This document shows, piece by piece, positions 49,489 through 59,297 of a stretch of 64,000 nucleotides of DNA. The number at the start of each line of letters is the position of its first letter. Positions within the stretch are counted from its first letter, which is position 1. The notes beneath the pieces are model-generated. The model saw only the letters and a program-made list of their open reading frames with translations. It had not been told where the DNA came from and did not search any database. Source of the stretch: Nanobdellota archaeon (lineage in GTDB: Archaea; Nanobdellota; Nanobdellia; Pacearchaeales; GW2011-AR1); contig JAHISS010000087.1 in the NCBI GenBank assembly GCA_018817905.1, positions 985 through 64,984 of the forward strand, read 5' to 3'. The position numbers and the translations under genes are program-made.

Positions 49489-52128
49489 ATGAAAGGAAAA
49501 GTACTCATCTGTGCCCTTTTGGCATCATTAGTTTTACTTAATTTAGCAAGTGCGGAAGCAAATGAGATTCCTGTCTCTACATGTCAAGTCTTGGATATGG
49601 GGAATGCTGTTTATGTGTTGCAGAAGGATATTGTAACTTCAGAAACTTGTTTTATTATTGGAGCAGACTTTGTAACTCTTGATTTAAGGGGATACACTGT
49701 AACTGGAGCAAACACTAATGTTGGAGTCGATAATAATGGATATAACTCTATGGTTCTCAAAAACGGAAGGATAACAAACTTCAATAAAGGGATTTATATC
49801 AGAGATGGTTCAAATAATCAAATAATCAACAATAACTTTGACTTCAGCGATGATGGAGGTATTTTCTTAAGAAATTCTAATAACAATTTAATGAGTGATA
49901 ATATCCTGAACTCGAATGAATTTGGCATCTTTATTGAAGGTGGTTCAAATAATATTATCAGAGATAGCCAAATCTTTAATAGCGGGTATCAAGGAATTCG
50001 TTTTAATTATGGTAGCACAAATAACGAGATAACTGATACGATTATCCAAAATAGTGTGCGCCATGATTTCTTTATCGCGACTAATTCAGTAACACAATGT
50101 AATCATCAGTTTACAAATGTTATTGGGACAGGAAATAAGCCAATTTTGTTCTTCAAAGATTCTGTAGAAATAAGTGACCTGGATGTAAGCGAAATGATAT
50201 TATGTAACGCAGATAATTCTGTAATAAGTGGTGTGACTCTAAACAATGAAAATCAGCAAAATAATGGTCTGCTCTTGTTATGGACAGATAATACAATATT
50301 ATCTCACATGTTAGTAAACAACTCAAGGGAAGGGATTTACATGGAAGACGGGAATTATAATACCATAATCAATTCTGAATTAACTCATAATCGGCAAGGG
50401 CTTGAGATTTATCGGGGGGATGGAAATTCCATAAGTGATAATCATATTAGCGATAATTCCAACGACGGTCTCACATTAGATAATGCAATCAATAGCATCG
50501 TAGAAAATAATTATTTAGAAAACAACGGCAGAGCTGGGGTGGATATTTCTGGAGGAGCATTGAATAATATCATTAGAGGTAACTTCATTAAAAACAACGA
50601 GGAGGTTGGAATCGATGTAGGGGATAGTAACAATCTATTTTTTAATAATTTTATTAGTAATCAGCTTAATGTTGAGATTGATGTTATAGATGATGATGAG
50701 GAAGAGATAATTAATGCTTGGAATACTGATTTACAGAATGGATTAAATATTGTTGGTGGAAATTTTTTAGGCGGAAACTACTGGGCAAATCCATTTGGAA
50801 CAGGTTTCTCAGAAACCTGTGGGGATTCTGATGAAGATGGAATATGTGATGAGCCTTATGTTTTAGAAGAGAGTAATATAGATTATTTGCCTTTAACTTC
50901 TATAGCCCCCAAAGAACCATCACTTTCAATAACAAAAACTCAAGAATTAACCTTAACACAAAATGGAATATTATCAATCATCAATACTGGAGATATGCTC
51001 CTAACCAATGTAACTCTTTCCGCAATAGGAGATTTTGAAATTGATTTTTCCCATAACAACTTCAATTTACCTGTACAGCCAGGAGCCATAGCACTAACAC
51101 AAGTTTCATTAATTAATTTAGATGATTTAGAATTTGGTCAAAACATAGTAACAATTACTGCCCAATCAGATGAAGGAGCACAAGACATAACAACATTCAC
51201 ACTAAAAGAAACATTCTGCAAAAATGGCGAAATAGGAGCTCTTAGAATAAATGACGTCAGCATAGAAAATGCAGACGGAGAAGACGACAAATGGATTCTT
51301 TGGGATTATGTTGAGATTGACATTGAAATAAAAAACGAGGGAGATGAAAAAATAAAGGATGTTATTGTTGAGCTTGGCTTATTTGATTCTTCTGGCCGGA
51401 ATGTTGCAGATGACTTAGAATTCTTCGGTGGAGATGAAGAGGTTGAGATTGGTAGTTTGAATGATGGAGAAAGAGAGACCGCCAGTTTTAAGTTTAAAGT
51501 TCCTGCTGATTTTGAGGACGGAGACTATAAATTGACTGTTAAGGCATATAGTGATGAGTTAGGGGAAGAGAACGAATGTGTTGATAGCGCAAGAGATTTA
51601 GATACTGACTTTTTCCAAGAAATCGAAATTGAACGAGAAGACGATGAAAGCAGATTTATTATTTTTGATAATGTTGTGATTGAACCATCTGAAACTTCAT
51701 GCGGAGACAGCGTGACATTGACAGCAGATATTTACAACATTGGTGAAGATGACCAGGATAGAGTTAGAGTTAATTTGGTTAACAATGAATTGGGGCTTGA
51801 CGAGTTTGTGGAGATAATGGGTGATTTTGATGTCGGAGATGAGGAAAGTGTTAGTTTTGATTTTGTGATTCCTAATGTTGCTAAGAATAAAATTTATCAG
51901 TTACGTTTATCTACAGATTATGATTTTAAGCGTAACGCTTACAGTGAATCTTCTGATGAAGAATTAATAGAATTAAGCATAACTGCTTGCGGTGTTACGC
52001 CAATTGTTGCAGTGGATGACAACGGACAAAGCGGAGATATTATTTACTTAGGTGGAAGAGCTGACGAAGAATCTGAAAAAGGTTTCTTTAGTAATCTTTG
52101 GGAAGAGATTTCTTCTTGGTTTGGTTGA
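49489..52128 (+). CDS. secreted parallel beta-helix (PbH1/NosD-like) repeat protein with acidic CARDB-like C-terminal modules
   Basis: 879 aa with a signal peptide. About 15 tandem ~22-aa repeats (GIYIRDGSNNQIINNNF, GIFLRNSNNNLMSDNIL, GIFIEGGSNNIIRDSQI ...). Followed by Asp/Glu-rich beta-sandwich-like segments. Confidence 0.8.
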   Translation: MKGKVLICALLASLVLLNLASAEANEIPVSTCQVLDMGNAVYVLQKDIVTSETCFIIGADFVTLDLRGYTVTGANTNVGVDNNGYNSMVLKNGRITNFNKGIYIRDGSNNQIINNNFDFSDDGGIFLRNSNNNLMSDNILNSNEFGIFIEGGSNNIIRDSQIFNSGYQGIRFNYGSTNNEITDTIIQNSVRHDFFIATNSVTQCNHQFTNVIGTGNKPILFFKDSVEISDLDVSEMILCNADNSVISGVTLNNENQQNNGLLLLWTDNTILSHMLVNNSREGIYMEDGNYNTIINSELTHNRQGLEIYRGDGNSISDNHISDNSNDGLTLDNAINSIVENNYLENNGRAGVDISGGALNNIIRGNFIKNNEEVGIDVGDSNNLFFNNFISNQLNVEIDVIDDDEEEIINAWNTDLQNGLNIVGGNFLGGNYWANPFGTGFSETCGDSDEDGICDEPYVLEESNIDYLPLTSIAPKEPSLSITKTQELTLTQNGILSIINTGDMLLTNVTLSAIGDFEIDFSHNNFNLPVQPGAIALTQVSLINLDDLEFGQNIVTITAQSDEGAQDITTFTLKETFCKNGEIGALRINDVSIENADGEDDKWILWDYVEIDIEIKNEGDEKIKDVIVELGLFDSSGRNVADDLEFFGGDEEVEIGSLNDGERETASFKFKVPADFEDGDYKLTVKAYSDELGEENECVDSARDLDTDFFQEIEIEREDDESRFIIFDNVVIEPSETSCGDSVTLTADIYNIGEDDQDRVRVNLVNNELGLDEFVEIMGDFDVGDEESVSFDFVIPNVAKNKIYQLRLSTDYDFKRNAYSESSDEELIELSITACGVTPIVAVDDNGQSGDIIYLGGRADEESEKGFFSNLWEEISSWFG

Positions 52129-52150
52129 GTTTTACCATTAATCATTCTGT

Positions 52151-52906
52151 TTAGCTTCCCTTCTCCACAAAATAAAAAACCTCGTTTTCGCTTTTGAATG
52201 TTTTGAAAGGGAAGTTTAATTTTTTCAAAAGAACTTCAAACCAAATCCTCTTCGGAAAATTCATCGGCTTGCCGGATAACTTTCTTGTTGAAAAGCTGAC
52301 TATCAATCTGGTGCAGGGAACTGTTGTGAGAATTTTTCTGGCGTGTTTTTTTTCTATTACGTCGAGAACTTTGAAAAGAAGGCACAGGTCTGCACGGGGA
52401 AGATTTTTTTTAAGATTCCTTAAATCGCAAATGAAAGTTTCCCCTTTTATTTTGTTTTTTTTGAAGAATTTTTTAACAAGGGAGAGTTCGTCTTGCTTTA
52501 TGTCTGAGGCGTGATATTTTATTTTTGGATTTGCTAAGGCAAGGGGGTTTAATCCGCAGCCCAGGTCTAAGATTGAAGCGGGTTTGAGAGAGGCTACGAT
52601 TTTTTTAAGTTCAGGATAAAACTCTAATCTTTCTGCTGTTGAAGAATGTGTCTTGAGAATCTTTTGGAAATCCCCTTCTTTGAAAAGTTTTTCTCTGTTT
52701 TTCAAACTTTTTTGAAATCTTCCGGTGAGGATTCTCAATTCAGCTCTTAAATCTTTGACGATTATTTTTTTTTGTTTTTGTGAAAGGTTGGCTAATTCTA
52801 TTCTGTATTTGTTAAGATAATTATTTAGAGCGGTTTTCACAACTGAATCGACCAAGCCGGACAGTTCTTTTTTTTGTTTTATTGTTTTGATTAGTTCATT
52901 TTTCAT
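52151..52906 (-). CDS. Arm/Rmt (FmrO)-family 16S rRNA (guanine1405-N7)-methyltransferase homologue
   Basis: 251 aa. LKTHSSTAERL, ILDLGCGLNPLAL, YHASDI, LLFKVLDVIE, IVSFSTRKLSGKPMNFPKRIWFE, NEVFYFVEK. These align by eye with the conserved blocks of ArmA/RmtB (HxSTxER, LDxxCGxNPLA, FKxLPxLE, SFPxxSLxGxxKGM..WFE). Confidence 0.75.
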   Translation of the reverse strand: MKNELIKTIKQKKELSGLVDSVVKTALNNYLNKYRIELANLSQKQKKIIVKDLRAELRILTGRFQKSLKNREKLFKEGDFQKILKTHSSTAERLEFYPELKKIVASLKPASILDLGCGLNPLALANPKIKYHASDIKQDELSLVKKFFKKNKIKGETFICDLRNLKKNLPRADLCLLFKVLDVIEKKHARKILTTVPCTRLIVSFSTRKLSGKPMNFPKRIWFEVLLKKLNFPFKTFKSENEVFYFVEKGS

Positions 52907-52955
52907 TTTATTTGGTGTGGGAAAATGTATATAAATGTAGGCGGCATTGATTGTT

Positions 52956-53684
52956 ATGAGAAGCTGCGGATTGTTTGGAAAAAAAGGCGTAAGCCATGTT
53001 GAAATTATTCTGGCATTTGTGATTTTTATCGCTGCTGTGGGATTTGCGCTGTATTTTTTTAATCCTGGAGATAGTGATAGGTTGGTGGGAACTTCTTTGA
53101 CTTATGCGTTTCGTGAAATAAAACAGAACGCAAGTGTGGGCGTTGAGACATTTTCAGTTGTGATTGACGATGTTGCGGTTGTTACTGGGGGAAGTGATAC
53201 GATTGCGATGAATTTCCCAGGTGTTGAAGGAAAAACAAGAGTTGAAACTTATGACGGAGAGGTTTTGAACTCTTCACATGTAGCGGACATTGTTAATGTT
53301 AACACTGATAATTGGAACGGGATAGATTTTCTTTTTGTAAAGTTTGGTGAAGAATTTGTTGAAACTGCTGGTTTGTCTGGAACTGAGAATGCGACTTATT
53401 ATGAAATTGGTTCTTCAAATTTAAAAGAAGTGATTTCTGAAAAAAGGATTTTAAATCTCAAGGATGCTTATGATGCAGATTATTATTCCTTGCGAGGGGA
53501 GGATAATTTCAATCTTCCTGACAGGGTGAATTTTGGTTTTTCTCTGGTTTTTGATGATGGTTCTATCGAGGCAGAAAGAGAAATTCCGGCAAGTCTTGAA
53601 GTTTTTTCAGACACAGAAAGAGTTGAGGTTCTTAGAGATGGAGGAGAGATTGTGTTTGCTGATTTGATGGTTAAACTGTGGTAA
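52956..53684 (+). CDS. pilin-like protein (class III signal peptide)
   Basis: ATG at 52956. MRSCGLFGKKGVSHVEIILAFVIFIAAVGFALYFF, with KKG|VSHVE and Glu at +5. Confidence 0.7.
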   Translation: MRSCGLFGKKGVSHVEIILAFVIFIAAVGFALYFFNPGDSDRLVGTSLTYAFREIKQNASVGVETFSVVIDDVAVVTGGSDTIAMNFPGVEGKTRVETYDGEVLNSSHVADIVNVNTDNWNGIDFLFVKFGEEFVETAGLSGTENATYYEIGSSNLKEVISEKRILNLKDAYDADYYSLRGEDNFNLPDRVNFGFSLVFDDGSIEAEREIPASLEVFSDTERVEVLRDGGEIVFADLMVKLW

Positions 53685-53688
53685 TGAA

Positions 53689-54114
53689 ATGATGAACAAA
53701 AAAGGTTTTATGCGCGTGGTTGAAGCGACAATTGCTATTTTGATTATCTTCGGAGTTTTGTTAGTGATTGTTCCAAAAAAAACAAGTAGTGAAGAGAAAG
53801 ATTTTAGTGAGATTTTACCAGGACTTTTGGACGAGTTGGCGCAAAATCTGACATTGCGCGAAGAGCTAATCTCTGGAGCTAAAGAAGATGGTTTTCTTGA
53901 GGGAGAGATAGAAACTTTGCTTGGGCAGAGGATTAAAAATCCTTCTTTAAGTTATTCTGTTGAGATTTGTGAGCTGGATGAAATTTGTTATCTTGAGCCG
54001 TATCCTGCTGATGTTGAAGAAGACATTTATGCGGCAGAGAGAGTTGTAAGTGCGAGTATAAAGAACTTGGATTTCTCTCCGAAGAAAATAAAAATATTCT
54101 TATGGCAGAATTGA
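53689..54114 (+). CDS. pilin-like protein (class III signal peptide)
   Basis: MMNKKGFMRVVEATIAILIIFGVLLVIV, with the KKG|FMRVVEA motif. Confidence 0.7.
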   Translation: MMNKKGFMRVVEATIAILIIFGVLLVIVPKKTSSEEKDFSEILPGLLDELAQNLTLREELISGAKEDGFLEGEIETLLGQRIKNPSLSYSVEICELDEICYLEPYPADVEEDIYAAERVVSASIKNLDFSPKKIKIFLWQN

Positions 54115-54338
54115 TTTGATAGCATGCGCTATTGAAATATTGCCAGCAATAAACAACCCAGTAGATATCTCTCTGCGTGTCATTGAATTGTTTTGTAATA
54201 TTATTTGAAGAAATTTGGTGGCGCGGGTTGGGGAAATGAATCGTGCTATCTTGTGCTGTAACAAACGAGTTAATGGTTGTAACCTACAACGAGATTGATT
54301 TTGACAATCTTTATAAAGTTGCGTTCTTTAGAAAAATC

Positions 54339-55904
54339 ATGAAGAGGATATTGAGTTGTATTTTACTTGTAAGTGTTTTGTTTTGCATTCTTACGTTGGG
54401 AATTGTTTCTGCTGTAATAACTTGCGTTAATGGAGAAGACAGAATGTTTAGAATAAGCAGTGTTACAAATGCTCATGCGGAAAAATGGGTTCAAACTAAT
54501 TATGGTGAAGAGATTTGTTACGAGGATTATTTCCAAGGATATGGGAGTGGCGTGAGGGGCTGCGCTGGAGGAAATAAAATCTTGGGAATTTCTGGAGATA
54601 CAAATGCTCATGTTGAAATTCCTACCCAAAGTAATTATGAATCTGTTTGTTATGGGGACTTGACTTGTAAAGCAGTTCAAGGACAATGCAATGATACTGA
54701 CTTAGGAGTTGGAACAGATTACAGTGTGATTGTTTCGTTGGCTGATGAAGAAAACAGCCATGTTTCACTTGCTTATGTTTATCCTTACAGAATTTGTTGT
54801 AAGGGTCCGCATTCTCCGATTTGTAATTATGACGGTGTTTGTGATTATTTATCTCGCGGGGAAACAGCGCAAAATTGTCCTGACGATTGTGTTTGCGGGA
54901 ACGGACAGATTGACGCGGGAGAAGTTTGCGATATTGGAGACGACCCCGAAGATCCAAGTGATGATGTATTCACAATTCCAGGGTTTGATTGTACTGATCT
55001 CGATTACAGCAGTGGACCACTTTATTGTGCTGAAGGATGCATGAGTTATGATGTAAGTTCGTGTGAGGTAGAATGTGATGATGGAATTCTTAGTCCTGGG
55101 GAAACATGTGAACCTTCTCTTGATCCTGATGGAGCGGATTGTAATGATGCTGAAGGTTATCCTGGAACGCGGCAATGTAGTAATGTAACTTGCAATTGGG
55201 TTTGTGATACAGGTTTGTTTTGCGGAGATACAATTTTCACTTCTCCCCCAGAAGAATGCGAAATTGACGATGAAGAAAGTTGCGAAGAGCATGATTTTGA
55301 AAGCGGCCTAGAAGTAACTTGTGACGAAGATACGTGCAAGTGGGACACAAGCCAATGCGTTGGAAAATTAACTTTTTGTGAAAAACATGAACCATTTACT
55401 TACGAACATCCAGACGAAAGTGGAAATTATTTTTCTCCGATGAGGTGCGTTGAATACAATCTTGTTTATCCTGGTTCTAGTAAAGCAGAAGAAAGGGAAG
55501 AACTTTGTCTTGGCGACTGTGTCGCTGGCGCTTCTGTTCCTGTGAACAATGGCTATGCTGGGACAAATCTTTTTAGCTCTGGATGTGCTTGGGATTCTGA
55601 CGGAACAGATGGCGGGCAGTGTTACTTTTATTTTGAAAGAAACGAAGGAGATAGATGTAGGACAGATTTTGTTTCTGAAGCAGACTGCGAGCCAGATGAT
55701 TCATTTAGAGAAGTGACAATTAACGCGAGCGCTGTCGGCGGAGGAACTTGGACTTGTGATGCTGGCTGTGGTGAAGATACTTGCACTTCGCAAATCTATT
55801 GTCCAACAGTTATACGTCTCCCTTTCTTTGGTTGGGTGGCTTTTGTTTCTGGAATTTTCTTAATTGGAATTATTTATATGTTTAATTTTGCAAGAAAAAG
55901 ATGA
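54339..55904 (+). CDS. Cys-rich cell-surface protein with C-terminal TM anchor
   Basis: Track ORF trimmed to MKRILSCILLVSVLFCILTLGIVSA (signal peptide). Repeated SxxTNAHxExxxQxNY motif, CVCGNGQIDAGEVCD module, more than 50 Cys, C-terminal TM. Confidence 0.75.
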   Translation: MKRILSCILLVSVLFCILTLGIVSAVITCVNGEDRMFRISSVTNAHAEKWVQTNYGEEICYEDYFQGYGSGVRGCAGGNKILGISGDTNAHVEIPTQSNYESVCYGDLTCKAVQGQCNDTDLGVGTDYSVIVSLADEENSHVSLAYVYPYRICCKGPHSPICNYDGVCDYLSRGETAQNCPDDCVCGNGQIDAGEVCDIGDDPEDPSDDVFTIPGFDCTDLDYSSGPLYCAEGCMSYDVSSCEVECDDGILSPGETCEPSLDPDGADCNDAEGYPGTRQCSNVTCNWVCDTGLFCGDTIFTSPPEECEIDDEESCEEHDFESGLEVTCDEDTCKWDTSQCVGKLTFCEKHEPFTYEHPDESGNYFSPMRCVEYNLVYPGSSKAEEREELCLGDCVAGASVPVNNGYAGTNLFSSGCAWDSDGTDGGQCYFYFERNEGDRCRTDFVSEADCEPDDSFREVTINASAVGGGTWTCDAGCGEDTCTSQIYCPTVIRLPFFGWVAFVSGIFLIGIIYMFNFARKR

Positions 55905-58642
55905 TAAAAAAGAGGATGTTAATTGTGGGGCTTGTTTTGATGATTGGCTTAGCAAGCGCGAGTTTTGACGTTGATGATAGTTCTTCTGTGATTGAAAAGA
56001 ATTATTACGAAGGGGATTTTGTCAGAGGTGTTTTGAATATGAGTTTTTCTGAACAAGATAATGAGGATTTTACAAGCAACTTTAAGGGAGGAATTGATAT
56101 AGTCGAACTTCTTAGAGGAATGAGTTATAATTCAAGCAGAGATTTTATTTGTGATCCTGTGAATTGCGAAAGTGATTATTATGTTAATTCTGGCACAGGT
56201 TCTGAAATTCATGGTTTAAATATAGGAGTCAAGAAAGTTTATGGTTTTCAAATAAAGGGAGGAGAAATTACTGGAATTGTAAATAACGGGCTAAAGTTTA
56301 ATGTTAATGTTACATCTCCTCCAATTTGCGGGGATAACCAAGTGTTTGTTGATTTGTTTGATGATGGGACGCTTGACTTTTACAATACTCAATCTGTCAG
56401 CGGCGGGGCGTGCATCTATGAAGAAAAAGATTTTGGCTGTTTTGACGAAGATGAAGTAACTGGAACTGTTTCAATTGAAGGTGAACCTTATTGTGAAAAG
56501 ATTAAACTGCGTCCTGCACCTGGTTACAGAATCGGAGCAGTGATAAGCGGCAGTAGCAGCGGGCAGTTAAGATTTTCAATTTATTCAACTGATTGGGACA
56601 GTGCTTTGGTTTATGGAACTGCGACAAATCCTTTGGCGGCGCCGTGGGTTGAGCCGTGGGTTGATGTTGATTATTCTTTTACAGAAGATACTGAAGTGTT
56701 TGTCTGTGTTGATGCTCCTTCGGGAAGTGAAGGGAAATATTCAATCAGAATCAATGAGGATAGCGATGAAATGTGCGGGGTGAATGTTGGGGAAGGAACA
56801 TCTGACACTGAGTTTGAAGTGGATTATGAAATTTTTGCTTTGCCGCGCCCTTATGGTTGGCTTAAAGAATTTGAATTTAATGCAGATTCTTATGCGAAGC
56901 TAACTAAAAGAAAACTTATAGATGATTTAGAAGATTATCTTGAAACAAAATATGACAATGATTGTTCTGGAGATGACGGATGCATTATCCCTTTCAGCAT
57001 TTTGGTGAGGAATTCTACAACCTCTCCGATTTTGCATTCCCCAACGCTGAAATATAAAAAGAAGAGTGCTGGCAGTCCAACAATTTACCAGTTGTTTGAG
57101 CTTAGTAAACGCCTTCCAAAAGTTAGTTCTGATTATCTTCTTTTGGACGTTGAAAAAATGGAATTCAGAGTTCCTGATTCAGATGGAGGATACAACTTTA
57201 AGTTAAAACTTGACGGGAGAAATGTGATTGAAGAAGAAGTGGATGTTGATATTGGATTTGTTTTCAATGTTGCGCCGCGGTTTGCGTTTATTGGGAGAAG
57301 CACTTCGTTTATTGCCTCTGGCTCAACCGGTGTGAATGGTTCGACCTGGGATTTCGGAGACGGAAGTTCTGTTGTTTATTCTAACAGCAATAGCGCGCAG
57401 CATCTTTATTCTGAAGCAGGGAGTTATGTTATCAAAACTACTTTAAAAAAATCTTCTGGCGCGACTTCTACGCGAAGGTTTAGAGTCATTGTTGGCGACG
57501 CGAAAACTTCGGCAAATTTAACACTTACAGATTACAAGTCGAGAATTTTGAACATTCAGTCTGGAATAAACTCCCTGCCAGAATGGGCGAGGCCGAGTGT
57601 TGAAACTGCTTTGAATTTTAACACGATGAAGGCAGCTGTTGCCAGCAAGAAAAATTCTTTTGAATTGCTAGGAACAAATGCTGCGGAATCAGCTTACGTT
57701 GAGATTGTCAATAGTTTGATGAATCTCTGGGTTCCGTATTCGGTTTTTGTCAGTGCAAGCGGAGAGCTTCCTGCGCTGGTTGGATTTAATAATCTTAATG
57801 TTGAACACATAAAATCAATTTCCGGCGAAGGCGCGGGGGTTGATAGTTCTGAAATGCGCCAGAGCATTGCTGATTGGATGGAACGAAATTATGAGCTTTC
57901 TGTGGCCTTTGAAACAATTTCTGCTGATGGAGATTTACAAACAACTGAGTTGTTGAAGAAGTATAAAATAAAAATCACGCAAAAACCAAACGCTGAAGAA
58001 GATTATTCTTATTTGGTAATAAATCATCCGCGGAGCGGCATAGTTGCAAAATCTTCTGCAAGTGGTCTTGAAGAAACAGTTTCTGGCGACGGAGCTTATG
58101 TTGGAATTGATTACAGCAGTCCATTGCAAGAAATAGAATTTTTGATTGTTGGTGCTGACGCTCCTGATGTTGAGGCATTGGGTGCGTATGTTTCTCCGAT
58201 TGTCAGCGCCTTGGGGGTAAGTGAACTGCCAATTAGGCCAAATTGGTGGGAAGATGAGGGGGGAAATTTCAGTTGGGGGAAATTTCTCATTGGAATGTTG
58301 ATTCTTTTAATTGTAACTCTTGCCGCATATATTCTTCTCCAGATGTGGTATAAAAAACATTATGAAAACCATTTATTCAAAGACCCGACCCATCTTTACA
58401 ACTTAATTAATTTCATTTACAATTCAAGAAGGGCTGGGCTGAAAGACAGCGTTATCAAAAGCCAGCTCAAAGAGAGAAAATGGAAAGGCGAGCAAATAGA
58501 TTATGCGTTTAAGAAAATAGACGGAAAGCGAACCGGAATGTGGGAGATACCTTTGTTCAAGTTTGTTGAAAACAGAAAAGTCAGGGAGGAAATTGAGAAA
58601 AAGCAAGGAATGCCAATAGACGCAAGATTTATTAAAAGATAA
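55901..58642 (+). CDS. giant surface protein with PKD domain, C-terminal TM and basic cytoplasmic tail
   Basis: 913 aa with a signal peptide. PKD-like WDFGDGSSVVYSNSNSAQHLYSEAGSYVIKTTL. TM FLIGMLILLIVTLAAYILL. ATGA overlap with the upstream gene. Confidence 0.75.
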   Translation: MIKKRMLIVGLVLMIGLASASFDVDDSSSVIEKNYYEGDFVRGVLNMSFSEQDNEDFTSNFKGGIDIVELLRGMSYNSSRDFICDPVNCESDYYVNSGTGSEIHGLNIGVKKVYGFQIKGGEITGIVNNGLKFNVNVTSPPICGDNQVFVDLFDDGTLDFYNTQSVSGGACIYEEKDFGCFDEDEVTGTVSIEGEPYCEKIKLRPAPGYRIGAVISGSSSGQLRFSIYSTDWDSALVYGTATNPLAAPWVEPWVDVDYSFTEDTEVFVCVDAPSGSEGKYSIRINEDSDEMCGVNVGEGTSDTEFEVDYEIFALPRPYGWLKEFEFNADSYAKLTKRKLIDDLEDYLETKYDNDCSGDDGCIIPFSILVRNSTTSPILHSPTLKYKKKSAGSPTIYQLFELSKRLPKVSSDYLLLDVEKMEFRVPDSDGGYNFKLKLDGRNVIEEEVDVDIGFVFNVAPRFAFIGRSTSFIASGSTGVNGSTWDFGDGSSVVYSNSNSAQHLYSEAGSYVIKTTLKKSSGATSTRRFRVIVGDAKTSANLTLTDYKSRILNIQSGINSLPEWARPSVETALNFNTMKAAVASKKNSFELLGTNAAESAYVEIVNSLMNLWVPYSVFVSASGELPALVGFNNLNVEHIKSISGEGAGVDSSEMRQSIADWMERNYELSVAFETISADGDLQTTELLKKYKIKITQKPNAEEDYSYLVINHPRSGIVAKSSASGLEETVSGDGAYVGIDYSSPLQEIEFLIVGADAPDVEALGAYVSPIVSALGVSELPIRPNWWEDEGGNFSWGKFLIGMLILLIVTLAAYILLQMWYKKHYENHLFKDPTHLYNLINFIYNSRRAGLKDSVIKSQLKERKWKGEQIDYAFKKIDGKRTGMWEIPLFKFVENRKVREEIEKKQGMPIDARFIKR

Positions 58643-58656
58643 AATCTCTATTTAAA

Positions 58657-59295
58657 ATGTTCAAGTTATTGAAAAAATTTTCAGCGAGGATTTTCGGTGG
58701 GCTGTTTAGAAAGAAAGATAATTTAAAAATTGGTTTTTACGGTCCGCCAAATGCTGGGAAGACGAGTTTGGCCAACAAAATTTGCAAGGACTGGACAGGT
58801 GAAGATATTGGAACTGTCAGCAATGTGCCTCATGAAACAAGAAATGTTCAAATCAAAGAAAAAGTCGAAATAAAATACAAGGGCAAAACGCTGATGTTTA
58901 AATTGATCGATACGCCGGGAATTGCCACGAAAATAGATTATGAAAATTTCATGAAGTTTGGCTTGAAAAAGAAAAAAGCAAAGAAGAGGGCCAAGGAAGC
59001 GACTCAAGGAATTATTGAAGCGATACAATGGCTTGACGACATGGATGCAGTGATTATTGTTCTTGACTCGACGCAAAACCCTTATTCTCAAGTGAACATT
59101 ACAATCATTGGGAATTTGGTTGCAAGGAAAATTCCTATCCTGATTGCCGCAAATAAGATAGATTTAAAAAAATCAGATGTTAAAAAAATAGAATCTGCAT
59201 TTCCTGAGTATGAAGTTGTCGGGATTTCAGCTAAAGAAGGGAAAAATATAGATGAATTTTATGAGTCATTGTTTAAACTTTCGAAAAAAATCTAA
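58657..59295 (+). CDS. small GTP-binding protein
   Basis: 212 aa. G1 GPPNAGKTS, G3 DTPG, G4 NKID, G5 SAK. Confidence 0.8.
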   Translation: MFKLLKKFSARIFGGLFRKKDNLKIGFYGPPNAGKTSLANKICKDWTGEDIGTVSNVPHETRNVQIKEKVEIKYKGKTLMFKLIDTPGIATKIDYENFMKFGLKKKKAKKRAKEATQGIIEAIQWLDDMDAVIIVLDSTQNPYSQVNITIIGNLVARKIPILIAANKIDLKKSDVKKIESAFPEYEVVGISAKEGKNIDEFYESLFKLSKKI

Positions 59296-59297
59296 AG

